Below are positions 1 through 12,974 of a stretch of 64,000 bases of DNA, in pieces. The stretch is from positions 104,038,001-104,102,000 of the forward strand of contig CM052817.1 in NCBI GenBank assembly GCA_028534125.1, in the 5' to 3' direction. Positions within the stretch are counted from its first letter, which is position 1. The number at the start of each line of letters is the position of its first letter. The DNA comes from Lama glama. Lineage: Eukaryota. Under the pieces are notes generated by a model, which saw only the letters and a program-made list of their open reading frames with translations, ran no database searches and was not told the DNA's origin. Position numbers and translations under genes: made by a program.

Positions 1-111
1 TTCCTGAGATATGCCTATATTGCTATAAATCTCCCTCTTCAAACTGCCTTTGCTGTGTCCTGTAGATTTGAGGAGGTTGTATTTCCATTTTCATGTGTCT
101 CAAGCTTTTCT

Positions 112-951
112 TTATTTCTCCTTTAATTTCTTTGTTGATCCTGGTTTTTTAATAGCATGTTTTAGGTCTTGAACTATTTGTGATTTTTTTCCAGTTTTCT
201 TCCTATAATCGATTTCTAGTTTTATTCCACTGTGGTCAGAAAAGATTCTTGATATGAATTTAGTCATCTTAAGTGTGTTGAGACTTGTTTGGTGGTCTAA
301 CATGTGCCCTATCCTGGAGAATTTCTATGTACAATTGAAAAGAATACATTCTGCTTTTTTGAATGGAATTTATGCAGATGTCTATTAAGTCCATCTGATT
401 TAATTTGTCATTTTAAGATTGCTATTTCCTTATTAATTTTCTGTCTGGATGTTCTGTCTGTTGATTTAAGTGGGGTGTTAAAATACTCCACTATTACTGC
501 CAATTTCTTCTTTTATGTCCGTTCATGTTTGATGTATATATTTCGGTGCTCTTATGTCAGATACATATATATTTATGAATGTAATATCCTCTTGTTAGAT
601 TGTTAGATTGACCCTTTTATTATATTTATTTTATTTTGATTATATTATATTTTATTATATTTTACTATATTATAATGCCACTTTTTTCTTTATTACAATC
701 TTTGATTTAAAAGTCTATTTTGTCTGATATGTGCATTGCTACCCCAGCTTTCTTTTCATTTCTATTTGCATCTTTTTCCATCCTCTCACTTTCAATATGT
801 GTGTGTCTTTAGCTTTCAACTGAGTCTCTTGCAAGCAGCATATTGATGGGTCTTTTTTTTTTTTAAATCTATTGGGCCATTGTTTTTGGATTTGGATTTT
901 TAGTTCATTTACATTTAAAGATATTATTGATAAGTACTTACTTATTGCCAT
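112..951 (-). pseudogene. Disrupted L1 ORF2 endonuclease domain
   Basis: Two ORF fragments carry the APE motifs SLNVN, CCLQET and SDHSGIKLEI. They are separated by stops and an AT-rich insertion at about 600-680. Confidence 0.9.
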
Positions 952-2167
952 TTTCTTTATTGTTTTCTAGTTGCCTTTATTGTTCCTCTCTGCTCTTTTC
1001 TTCTTTTAGTTTCTTCCTTTGCAGTTTGATGATTTTCTTTAGTGTAATGTTTCAGTTTCCTTCTCTTTGTTTTTTATTTTGTATCTATTGTTTTTTGGTT
1101 TCAGGTTCACATATACTGGTATATTGAATATATATAAATATGTATATTCTTAAACTGATAGTCATTTAGGTTCAAACATATTGTAAAAATTCCACGTGCT
1201 TTACCCCCATGTTTCATGTTTTTTTACATCATATTTTACATCTTTTGTGTATTCCTTAACTACTTATTGTAGTTATTGATGCTTCTCAACTTTTGTCTTG
1301 GAATCTTCATCCTAGTATTTTAAGTGTTTGATACAGTGCCTTTGCTATATATTTGCCTTTACCAGTGAGATTTTCTTCCTTCATACACTTTAAAATTTCT
1401 TGTATCGACCTTTCTTTTATGCTTAAAGAAGATCCTTTAACATTTCTTGTAAGGCTGGCTTAGTGGTGATGAGCTCTTTTGGTTTTTGCTTTTCTGGGGA
1501 ACTCTATCTCTCCTTCAGTTCTGAATGATAACCTTGCTGAGTAGAGTATCCTTGGTTGTAGGTTTTTGGGCTTTAAATATCCCATGCCATGCCCTTCTGC
1601 TTGCATGAATTCACCTGCAAAATCAGCTGTTAACCTTATGGGAGTTCCTTTGTGTGTTACTCTTTATTTTTCTCTTGCTGATTTTAAAATTCTCTCTTGA
1701 TCTTTAACTTTACCATTTTAATTATAATATGTCTTAGTGTGAGTCTCTTTGGATTTATATTGTTTGGGACTCTCTCTGCTTCCTGGACCTAGATATTTGT
1801 TTCCTTTTTTAGGTTAGAGAAGTTTTTGGCCATTGTTTTATCAAGTCTATTTTCTGCCCCCTTTTTCTTCTCTTTCTGAGAACCATATGATGTGAATGTT
1901 GCATTTTGATGTTTTCCCAAAAGTCCTGTAAACTGTCTCATTTAAATTTTTTCTTTTTCTTTTTTCACTTCTGATTGAGTGATTTTTACTACTCTGCCTT
2001 CCAGACTGCTGATCCATTCTTCTGTATTACCTAATGTACTGTTGATTCTCTCTAGTATATTTTTTTTCATTTTAGTTATTGTATTCTGATATCTATGGTT
2101 CATTTTTATATTTTTTAACTCGTTGAAGTTCTCACTGTACCTCCATTTTTCTCCTGAGCTTAGTGGG

Positions 2168-2281
2168 CATTTTTATGACCTTGGCTATAAACTCTATTGA
2201 GTAAATTTCTTATCTCCATTTCATCATTTTTATGACCTTGGCTATAAACTCTATTGAGTAAATTTCTTATCTCCATTTCAT
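2168..2281. repeat. Perfect 57-bp tandem duplication
   Basis: catttttatgaccttggctataaactctattgagtaaatttcttatctccatttcat occurs identically at 2168-2224 and 2225-2281. Confidence 0.97.
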
Positions 2282-2459
2282 TATGGGTTTTTTTTTCCTG
2301 ACGTTTTATCTTTTTCTTTTGTTTGGAACATATTCCTTTGTTTTCTCATTTTGTTTGACTTTCTGTGTTTGTATCTGTGAAATTAGGTGAAACAGTTACC
2401 TCTTCAGGTCTTGAAAAATGTGTCCTTGTGTGGGACCATCCCTGTGCAGGCTGTGTGTA

Positions 2460-2830
2460 CCTGGTGGCTTTGGTAGGAAGGTTGGACCTGGAGTTAGCAT
2501 GGGCCTTGGCTTCTCCTGGGACACCTCAGAAGCCACCATTTTGGCAGGGTAAGGAGAAATGGAACCAGAGCCTGGTTGGTCCTGGGGCTTTTCATAGGAC
2601 ATGTCAGAAACAACTGCCTTGGCAAGGTTGGGAGGCTGGAGCCCAGAGCACAGTGTAGGCCAGGGCTTCTCCTGGGGAATGTTGGAAACTGCCACCATGG
2701 TGGAGGTGAGCTGGAGCTATTGGGGCTAGAGTTGCGGCCAGGGTGGGCAGGGCTTCTCCCAGGGCACACTTGGGGCCACTGCCTTGGTGGTGGGGTTGGA
2801 GTCGGAGCCAGGAGAGGGTCTGAAGATGAG
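2460..2830. repeat. Degenerate ~78-bp tandem monomers in L1 5'UTR
   Basis: A ggcttctcctggg-like anchor recurs at 2508, 2586, 2664 and 2751 (spacing 78, 78, 87). Each is followed by a similar ...cc(a)ttggc/tgg...tgga(g/a)c segment. Confidence 0.7.
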
Positions 2831-5794
2831 CTGGGGCAACCTTGCCAGGTGTTTATTGTTCTGCTGCCCCTGTGTTGTGACTGAGAGTAAGTTTGTGTGT
2901 GTGTCAGAGTGGAGAGTGTCAGTGTCCTATAACCGTCAAGTTCTCCCAGTTGTAAGCCTTGCTGTTTTTCTAAACCAGTTAAGGCAGCTCTTCTTTTGGT
3001 CTGGTCCCCAGGGCTGGGGTGCTCAGTGTGGGGCTTGAACTACTTGCTCCTTAAGGATGATTTCTGAGTTTGTAACATCCTCTTCCTCTTCTGGGCTGCC
3101 TGCCAGGGTTGTGGTCATGACTAGTTCAGATCTTCTCTCCTCCTACCAGACTCTGCGGTTCTTCCATTATGTCCTTGGTTGTAGAAGAACTGTTTTGCTA
3201 GTCTTCAGGTCGTTCTCAGAGTGAGTTGTTTAATGTGTAGTTGTAGTTTTGGTGTATTCATGGTAGGTGGTGAGAGATTTTAGCTTTGATAGATGAATAA
3301 ATGGTAAATGAATACACAGAATCGAAGTTTTATATGTTCATTTAACGAAGGTCTCAAAACTTTTGCCTTTAGGTGAATTCTTATTTTATTCCAGACTGAA
3401 TAAGTTAATGCCTACATCAAAATCCTAGCTAGTGGGAATAGGCAAGTAATACTTTTCCCAAAATTGTTTTGGGAAATTATTTGGTCTGATTGAATGAGGA
3501 TATCAAGAAAAAACAGGCTAATCGTATGTGAGTTGTAATTTAGTAATAAGATTTATTCTAGGGTAATGGAATTCTAATCAACAGTGGGAAATAATTGTTG
3601 GCAAGCAGTTCAAACATTGACAATTTGTAACTTTTAATAAATGAGCATAAAAAGGTTCTTGCTATAAAACTTTTCACTTATTTTTAGTAGTTCTAATTCT
3701 GCATTTGAACTTCAAGCTATATTTATTTTTATTCTGTTAGTTAAGTTAAATATATCCCAAATATTTCTACATTATTTATATAAACACATTTGGTAATATA
3801 CAATTATGTTTTTAAAATTTGATAAAATTAATAATGTTCTTGGATTCCAATAATTATGACCATTTGCAGATCACAGTGAAAGGCAGAAAGAAATATTATC
3901 ATCTTTTTACAGGAATTTTCCCTGCAGCAGCAGAGACCCTTAAAGAACTCTGCTTTCACAGGATTTTCTCATAGAAGGGACACCTATAAGCCATAGATAT
4001 TCCTCTATTTTTCTAAGAGGTAAAAACTGAGTATGAACTATGTATTCTGTCATGAAGAACAGGATAATTAAAATTTAAATATTTTTCTTCATCAGTAATC
4101 AATTTAATCCAAGACATGACTTCACTTTATTAATAGAAAAATTAACTAAACTTGATCATTCCATTGTTAGCAATTGGGTTCCAACTAACTACATTTTCAC
4201 ATAATTACTTTTTCAATCTGCTGCTATTTCTTGCAAAGCATATTTTTTCTTCTTTTTTCCTTATTAGCGTCACATACCCTTCCACCTTATATTGGGAGAT
4301 TTAATGAAATACTAATGAGACTTTCAGATTCAAAAGAATGTTTAACAATGTTATTTTCCAAGACATTTAGAATAAAGAGCTGTAATTGCACATCATTTTT
4401 CCTTTGGCTATCTGACAGTTTCTCCTGAAAGACATATTTTCATTTTTAAACGAAGGAATCAGCTGCCAGTGTTAATACTTACGGTGTTTTCTTTCATAAA
4501 GGTCAAGGAAGAAAATGGCTAAGCCAGAAAGGAATACATGAAAATACTTTCTTGTATTCAAATGTCAGCAACCATCACAAACACATTTTTTTCCACAAAG
4601 ACTTTCAGTGAAGCCTATGTTTGTTCTGTCTTTGGAACACATTTACTATGTTGCTGACCCCACACAAATTGAATCCCAGGTATCCTTATGAATACTCTAG
4701 GCCTTATATGAGAACCAACTTAAACCCCAAAATAATATTTCCATACCTTTTTTTCACTGTATATTTTTATCACTTTTAATTATATGTCAGCAATTTTATT
4801 GTATCACTTATTTATAGAGAGAAGATAGTTCAAAATTTTCTCCAGCACAGTTGGCTGAAAATTGTTTTTTGCTACTGTTACTTTAGAAAAGTATATTTTA
4901 AGTTCACAACTCATCCCTGGTAATGCTTACAATTCTTTAGGACGATTATAAGTCCTCCTGATGTTTGCTGCAGGCTATTCCTGCTCACCCTTATCTCTTC
5001 CTCACCAACTTCCTTAAATTGCAGATTCTTTCTCAGCTTCACTTAATTTTGTTGTTTAACATTCTTGACTAGAAGTAGCACCATCAAATGATTTCAAGAG
5101 TCAGAGAGTAATGGGAAAATCTGAGGAAGGATTAAGACAAGTGGAATTGGTGGGGATTATGGTGAATCATGGAATGGGGGCCCTACCTAAAAGTCATTAA
5201 AGTTTTAAAAATGGACTAAAACTTTCTGCCCACCAAAAAGAAAAAAAAATACACACCCCCACCAAAAAACAAAAAAACAAAAAAAACAAAAAAAAAACAG
5301 ACCCTTAGCCAGAAGTTGCCCAACAATCTACCAATTTGTGATCTGTCTTCTAAACTGACAAAGGATCTGAAGATCAGACTTTCAAGCCTTTGGTCGAATG
5401 TCACAATACAATGGTAGAGCTACAAACTGGATCTAGATTTGTCATTTACAAAATCTTTGATCTTAGCTTAATATCATATTAAGCAGTTAAAAAGTAGGGA
5501 CATTTTCCTGAGGATAGTGGGGATTTGTTAAAGTGAGATGATATAAACAAAGGTGTGTTTTAGAAAGAATCTTTATTTATACTAAAAAATGGACTATAGC
5601 CTTGCAAGCACAGTGTGGTATCATGTTCACCAGATAGAAAATTGTTAAGAATTTGTGTAAGAAGCTACCATAAATTTAGTAGCATAAAGCAGCATCCATT
5701 GATTATCTCACAGTTCTTAAATCAGAAATTTAAGTGGCTGCCACCCAAACTACTGTAGCTTCTGCTCCTAATAGTCCTATTTCTTTCTATACTT

Positions 5795-5900
5795 TAGGGC
5801 CTGTACTAAGTATTTAACTTGCTTTAGCTCGTTTAAATCTCATAACCACTCTATGAAGCACGTTTTGAGCATCATGTCAGTTTTAAAGATGAAGGAACTC
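5795..5900 (-). mobile_element. MIR fragment
   Basis: tttaaatctcataaccactctatgaag...gttttaaagatgaaggaact resembles the antisense MIR core. Confidence 0.6.
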
Positions 5901-7054
5901 AACAGTGGTGGTCAGTGGAATCGATTCCATCAGCAGCTGAGCGTTTCTCCCATTGTGTTTCTTTACCTACTTCACCTAAAAATGGAAAGTAAAGAGTTTC
6001 CAGGATGAAGAAAAAAGCAGAGGAAGTCACTGCTGTGCTGAGGGATTCCCTCTCCCCAAAGCTAGTGTACCAGTGATGTCACTTTCATGTCCTTTCTCCT
6101 CCCATGCAAGCAAGAGTAACCTCTCATGAAGAATCTCTCAGGATGTCGCTTGTCATCCATGCAGGAAAACACAAACCATTATAAATATTGAAAACAAATA
6201 CAGATAATTTGTTATCAAAGTTTTGGGATGGTTGGAGGAAGGAGGAAATTGATATAACCCTGATATTAATAGCTGTTGGAAGCTCTTTCTATCCTGTTGG
6301 GATAAAAAAAAAAAAAAGAGAGAGTGGGCAAACCAAAGTCCAGGAGCAGCTCTGTGTTGGGAGTTCACTGCTGCCCTGAACCTCTGATGCTCTGCAGAAA
6401 CTTCAAAGGCCGTTCAAGTCTCAGGCCACACACTGCGGACAACATGACTAACACAGACCACTGGAAGCAGAGAAAAGAAGTTTCTCCCTCCCACTTCTCT
6501 GTCTTCTGATGCTCTCCATGGGTACAGCCCAAACTAATCCAGGCTGAAGGAAAGTCTAGGAAATGTACTTTGTAGATTTCCTAGGTCGTTGAGTTATAAA
6601 GCAGAACAGAATGGGGCTGGAACGTAGCAACAAGCAAATAATCAGAGGACCAGCACACCAGGGACAAGTGCTACAGGGAATTGGCTGTAGTTCTTGAACT
6701 TCCAATTTTTCCCTCTTCACATCCATCCACCACTCTTCTCCATCAACCCTGGACCCTCTGTCTCTGTTTGGGGGTTTTAATGGAAGGAGGTGTCTATTTA
6801 TTTTCCAAGGGTCCTTTTCTTTGCCTGTGTTGAATTTCAACCTTCTCTGCAATTGCTGGCATCTTTCTGCTTCATAGCATGGTCCAGGAACAATCTCTGG
6901 TCCTGTCCGTAGCATCTCTCCAAGCCCATACTGCCATATACATTACTGGCTTTAATTTGGGAGAGAAGAGCAGTGAATTCTTGAGTGAGCTTGTTTTCTT
7001 AAAATCAGGACTTCTTATTGCAGTTGTGAACGTGGAAATAGTCAGTCATTGAGG

Positions 7055-7230
7055 TGTTCTACATTTTCTCTAGAAGCTTTACAGTTTTAGCTTTTATATG
7101 TGTGTCCATGAGCCACCTCAAATTAATTTTTGTGTATGAAATGAGACAGAGGTCAAATTTCATTTTTTTCCATAAATATATTTCTGTTGTTATAGCATCG
7201 TTTATTAAAAAGGTGCTATTCCCCCATTTA
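7055..7230 (-). mobile_element. Old L1M ORF2 fragment
   Basis: ttctctagaagctttacagttttagc...aattaatttttgtgtatg...gaggtcaaatttcattttttt is typical antisense L1 ORF2 sequence. Confidence 0.75.
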
Positions 7231-7860
7231 TACAGCATAATATTTGAAATATTCCATTTTTCACTTTGATAGTCTTTTAGGTATGTTTAGCTTTATTTTT
7301 ATAACTATAGTTTTAAGAAGCATTTTTAAAAATTTTGGGTTTTTGTGTGTGTGTGTGTGTTTGCCAACCATGGAAAATCAAATAGTCTTCAAAGAATATC
7401 TTGGCAGTAAGAACCATATCTTTGCTCTTAAAGGAGAATGACCTTACCCTTATAAATTTATTTCAAAAGAGCTCTGTTTACAATACCACAATATACTCAA
7501 TTGTATAGGAAAAATATGTCACTAATAAGTGACAAAAAACTCTCATTTTAATTTTTGTCCAGTTTTAATAGTCCCAGAAAAAATCCAGAAAGTTATGTTA
7601 GACATTTTAATGTATCCATTGTTGGGGCTAAGATGTTGAGATCTCTCCCCAACTTGTCTAATGCTGTAGGATGCTGGGTGTTGCCCACAGCTAACTTTCT
7701 CTCACAAGATGTGCAGTGGATGGACAGCAGAGTCTAACATGCAGAGTCACTCTGAATTGCTTAAAGCCCTGTTATGTCTTAATATTTCTGATAACGGATT
7801 AATTTTTAATATACACATCACATTTTTTCTCATTATAAATGTCACTGCTCCTTTAGCTTT

Positions 7861-8679
7861 ACTGTCCCATTTTTTTTACATTTTTTATTGATTCATAATC
7901 ATTTTACAGTGTTGTGTCAAATTCCAGTGTTCAGCACAATTTTTCAGTCATTCATGGACATATACACACTCATTGTCACATTTTTTTCTCTGTGATTTAT
8001 CATACCATTTTGTGTATATTTCCNNNNNNNNNNNNNNNNNNNNNNNNNNNNNNNNNNNNNNNNNNNNNNNNNNNNNNNNNNNNNNNNNNNNNNNNNNNNN
8101 NNNNNNNNNNNNNNNNNNNNNNNNNNNNNNNNNNNNNNNNNNNNNNNNNNNNNNNNNNNNNNNNNNNNNNNNNNNNNNNNNNNNNNNNNNNNNNNNNNNN
8201 NNNNNNNNNNNNNNNNNNNNNNNNNNNNNNNNNNNNNNNNNNNNNNNNNNNNNNNNNNNNNNNNNNNNNNNNNNNNNNNNNNNNNNNNNNNNNNNNNNNN
8301 NNNNNNNNNNNNNNNNNNNNNNNNNNNNNNNNNNNNNNNNNNNNNNNNNNNNNNNNNNNNNNNNNNNNNNNNNNNNNNNNNNNNNNNNNNNNNNNNNNNN
8401 NNNNNNNNNNNNNNNNNNNNNNNNNNNNNNNNNNNNNNNNNNNNNNNNNNNNNNNNNNNNNNNNNNNNNNNNNNNNNNNNNNNNNNNNNNNNNNNNNNNN
8501 NNNNNNNNNNNNNNNNNNNNNNNCTATTCCTAGTCTTTTGAGGAATCTCCACACTGTTTTCCATAGTGGCTGCACCAAACTGCATTCCCACCAGCAGTGT
8601 AGGAGGGTTCCCCTTTCTCCACAGCCTCTCCAGCATTTGTCATTTTTGGATTTTTGAATGACGGCACTGTCCCATTTTT
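7861..8679 (-). mobile_element. Young 5'-truncated L1 with perfect 14-bp TSD; spans the assembly gap
   Basis: T-rich tail and L1 3'UTR start at about 7870. The L1 ORF2 C-terminal region lies at 8524-8665 ([17 protein letters not shown]). The TSD actgtcccattttt occurs at 7861-7874 and 8666-8679. Confidence 0.9.
8024..8523. other. Assembly gap (500 N)
   Basis: Run of exactly 500 N. Confidence 1.
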
Positions 8680-8994
8680 AATTTCATTTTAATTCACACA
8701 TTTTTTAAAGTAACAGAATGCCATGAAATTACGGTAACTAATGACTGTCATTCTCAGACTTAGTCATATATTTTTTATGTGCATATTCTAGTTAGAATAT
8801 ATTTATTAATACTGACACTATAAAGCATATAGTTTCTTATTGGTGTGAAGACTATGTATATTTTACTGGAAGGTTCAAATTTAAAAACCCCAAATTCCTT
8901 TTTTTGTGTGTGTTAAGGTTTTATTAATGTTTCCACTGCCTGATATCTAAAAATTGTTCTTGCAAACTGGTTGGAATAGGTTGCAGTTTTTGGA

Positions 8995-9535
8995 CTTTTT
9001 AAAATTGACATATAATTGCATATTATATTAGTTTCAGGTGTACAACATAATGATTGGTATTTGTGTATATTGCAAGATTATCACCACAAGATCTATCACC
9101 ACACAGAGCTACAATTTCTTTTCTTATAGTCAGAATTTTTAAGATCTACTCTCTTAGCAATTTTCAAATACACAAGGCAGTATTATTAACTATAGTCACC
9201 ATGCTATAGATTACATCTCCATGATTTATTAATTTTACAACTGGAAATTTTCCTTTTGGTCACCCTCACCCATTTTCTTCACCCATCACCCCTAATTCTG
9301 GCAACCACTAATCTATCTGTTCTGTGTTTCTGTAAGTTCATTTTTATAGGTTTCACATATAAATGACATCATACAGAATTTATCTTTCTGTGTCTGACTT
9401 ATTTCTCTTAGCATAATGCCTTCAAGATCCATCCATGTTGTTGTAAATGGCAAGATTTCCTTTTTATGATTGAATAATATTCCATTACATACATATATGT
9501 GTATATATGTATACACATACACATACATATACATA

Positions 9536-9591
<56 letters not shown>

Positions 9592-10180
9592 CCAGTCATC
9601 TGTCAATGGATGCTTAGTTTGCTTCCATGTCTTAGCTATTGTAAATAATGCTGCAATGAACAATGAGGGTGCATTTATCTTTTCAAGTTAGTGGTTTCAT
9701 CTTCGTCAAGTAAATAACCAGAAATGGAATTGACGGATCATATGGTAGTTCTATTTTTAATTGTGTGAGGCACTTCCATGGTGTTTTCTATAGTGGCTGC
9801 ACCAATTTACATTCCCACAAACTGTGCACAAATGTTCCTTTTCTCTGCATACTTGACAATATTTGTTATTTCTTATCTTTTTGATAATGGCCATTTTGAC
9901 AGGTGTTGAGTGATCTCATTGTGGCTTTGATTTGCATTTCCCTGATGATGAGTGAGGCTGAGCACCTTTTCATGTACTGTTAGCCATTTGTATGTCTTCT
10001 TTGAAAAAATGTCTATTCTCTTCCTCTGCCTATTTTTAAATCAGATTGGCTTGCTGCTGTTGGGTTGTATGAGTTATTTTAGGTATTAACCCTATATCAG
10101 ATGCATGATTTGCAAATATTTTCTCCCACTCCATAGGTTGCCTTTGTTTTCTTGATGGCTTCCTTTGCTGTGCAGAACCA
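8995..10180 (-). mobile_element. L1 3' end (L1MA-like), ~1.2 kb
   Basis: Minus ORF 9313-9663 (MFIAALFTIAKTWKQTKHPLTDDWI...WMDLEGIMLREISQTQKDK) is the L1 ORF2 C-terminus. Antisense 3'UTR lies at about 9000-9300. Confidence 0.92.
9546..9585. repeat. (TA)20 microsatellite with adjacent (CA/TG/TA) mix
   Basis: Direct reading. Confidence 0.95.
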
Positions 10181-10899
10181 AGTTACATTTTAATTCATAA
10201 GATTTTTGTTATTTATCATGTACATATTTAAATTTTGAAATGTACTTTCATAGAGCAAAGAATTAAGATTTTAGGATAATATAATTTATTGGGCCCCAAG
10301 AACATCTCATATTTGATATGTACTCTTTTAAATTTTTCTGAAACTAGCTTCTAATTTTAACATTTACAAATATTAATGACATAATATAATTTTATTAGAA
10401 TGTATTTATATATTATTCATATCACTTTTTTGCTGCCTATTATCAATATGTTTTAAAAATAAAATTCCAGAAAAAAGGGGATTAAAGGCCCATTGAATAT
10501 TTATCCAAGTTAGGGAATGAATTACTTATGATAGGGATTTTTATGTGACACATGTAATGTAAACACACATATACATGTACAGACTTCTCATTTGCCTATT
10601 CACCTTCAGTCGCATTTCTACTTTTTGCTGTTTTTCCCTATCCATTAGTGTGTGAATATATCTATATCTATTATCTATATGTCTACATGTCTGAAATAAG
10701 ATGGTGAAACAAACTCATGTATGTCTTCTTTTTTTGTTATTTTCATGTTATTTTTGTTACTTTCATGAAGACATATATTTTTGTTATTTTCATGAAATAA
10801 CAAAAAAAGTATAATAAATCTGTTAACATCTCTGGAAAGATAGAAACAGAAAACTATCTTTAGTTAAATAGCTCAGACCACAGGTTCTGGAGACGGACA

Positions 10900-11112
10900 G
10901 ATGGACACACTGGCGTTCCCAATGCTGGACTCACCACATACTGGTTGGGTGATCTTACATAAGACGCCTTGGAAATCCTTATTTTTCTCCCTTGTAAAGT
11001 AGAGGAAATAATGGTTCTTTATGTGGTTGTCAAGAGGACTAAATGGGAGAAACATGTGTCAGAGCTTGGCGTAGCACTTAGGACGTGCTGAATGTTCAGT
11101 AAATGTTGTTTT
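10900..11112 (+). mobile_element. MIR SINE
   Basis: ctcccttgtaaagtagaggaaataatgg...ggttgtcaagaggactaaatgg...gttcagtaaatgttg follows the MIR core and 3' tail. Confidence 0.7.
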
Positions 11113-11494
11113 TGCCCTTTTCCTCTCCTTTTTCATATCACCATCATCATCATCACTATTATTCATTGCTTTCAAAGGAAGTCAAAGACCACATTACACC
11201 ACAGTCATACTCTTCCTTCTCAGGGACTTTGCTCCATTGATTTACTACATTATTTCTTTGATTTCTCCCATTCCAATTTTTCTTTCCCTTAAGTATTCAA
11301 ACAAGTTGTAGTGTCCTCCATCTTTAAAAAAAATATATATATCCATTGAAATCTACCTCTTCCCCATCGCTCCAGCTTCCCTCAGAACAAAATCTACCAA
11401 AATAATTGACTGAAGTTCACCTTCACTTTCTTCATTCCACTTCTGACTTCCTATTCCCAAATGGCCTCTGAGTTGAGCAAATCCTCCTGCTGGG

Positions 11495-11722
11495 TTTATT
11501 CTCTACTCACGAATACAGTACTTCTGATGCCAGATGTGTGGGTTTTTTCCACACACCAAGCACTTCTCTGTGACACCAGCTGAGTGTTCTACAATTTAAT
11601 TCAATTCTGATACTAACAGGAGTTACGCAGACACCGCAGGTTAAGGGCTCCCTCCCATAAGGCTGCCCCCCTTCAGATGCCAATTTCAAGTAGTACCCCC
11701 AGGTTACCCACGACTTCTGACT
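11495..11722 (-). mobile_element. LTR fragment, MER21-like
   Basis: cttctgatgccagatgtgtgggttttttccacacaccaagc...gacaccagctgagtgttctacaatttaattcaattctga...caggttaagggctc matches the MER21-type LTR as I recall it. Confidence 0.7.
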
Positions 11723-12974
11723 TTCTTAAGGCTCAGAACTAAAATTACTCAGTTATTCTTTCAGTTCTGTTCATCTGCTCTCATAGTGTTAAACATCTAT
11801 GTGCCAAGGTACACTAATATTTATGTCTTAATATGCCTCAAAGTAAACTCTTGATGCTTTTATCATATCTACCTTCTAATTTTCTCCATTTTGGTTTGTG
11901 GAATCTACATGTATCCAATTGCTCATGCTAGAAACTGAGAAATTAGACTTGATGTCTCTCTCCCTCCTTCCCTATGTAACCTGCCATGAAAATCTGTCAA
12001 TTCTGTTTCTAAAATGTTCTGTTGCTTTAAGTCATCAACTTCTCTTCATTTTTAGGGATGCTGGTAAATGACCCAACCCCTCTCACACTTTGACAAAATG
12101 TAATTGTTTTCTTATCAATCAATCAATTTCCACTGTTGCTTCTTTCTAATCAATACTCCATCCTGCATTCAGGCTGATACATCAGTTCCTCTTTACATAT
12201 TCTTTAATATATAACTGAAAACTGAAATAATACAGCAGAATTTTCTTTTGCACTACTCGTGGAAGAATAATTTTCAAGGGGAAAAAAAGTAGAAAACATT
12301 TAATTATATGTAACTTGCCTAACCAAGATGTTTATTCAGCTAACTCATTTCAGAGTCAATAAGGCCTAATTTTTTAATCTTTTTTTAAACTGTGTTTTTA
12401 ATACTTTTTTTCTTGTAGTGGTTCAGATACTTCTCATCATTAATTCTAATTTACACACACTTGTCATGAGACTCAAATTCCGTTCTACTGAGAGGCCACT
12501 CAGTAGTAAAATTAATTAAGAGATTTTTCATATTAGTAAAATATTCCAATTACAGATGCATGTTAAATGAAGAGGATTGATTTTAGGAGAAGAGGCAGTG
12601 ATTCATGAAGGAAAAAGGCAATTTGTAATGCTATATTTGTACAATGGGGACAATTAAAGTCATTGATATGATTAAAATATTTCCCAAGAAGACACAGTAA
12701 TCTTGGCTTCCTCACTAGAATTTTCATACATAACATCTGCTGGGTATAACTGCCATTTCTCACATGCTGGACAAGTGATCAGGCAAGCGGAGAAAGACGA
12801 GTCTTTACAGGTGGCTTCAAATAAGAACTTTGCTACAAATGGGACAGAACAGCTCCCATTTTGTTTTATTTTGGTATAGGCCATCCCTCATTCTCCATGC
12901 ATCTAGATCAGTTTGCTTTAATGTCGGCCACTTTGCACTGTAGAATTTCGAGAAATGTATGTCCAAAGGCGGCC

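Larger units (their letters stand above)
1..3275 (-). mobile_element. LINE-1 5' portion (5'UTR, ORF1, ORF2 endonuclease region), degenerate; runs off the window start
   Basis: Minus ORF 739-951 (LSIISLNVNEL...DPSICCLQETQL...LKVRGWKK) matches the L1 ORF2 APE endonuclease N-terminus. ORF 112-303 carries the EN C-terminal FSDHSGIKLEI motif. 1400-2400 reads as antisense L1 ORF1-type sequence, and 2400-3270 is GC-richer 5'UTR-like sequence. Many stops and frameshifts. Confidence 0.92.

Noticed and set aside
2365..3038. Cluster of 84-102 aa ORFs on both strands
   Set aside because: They lie in the GC-rich L1 5'UTR, where stops are rare. No recognisable protein.
6556..6915. 119-aa minus ORF
   Set aside because: No recognisable motif or splice context; consistent with chance.
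7914..8657. Longest ORFs in the track (186-247 aa)
   Set aside because: Artefacts of translating through the 500-N gap. The real residues are L1 sequence.
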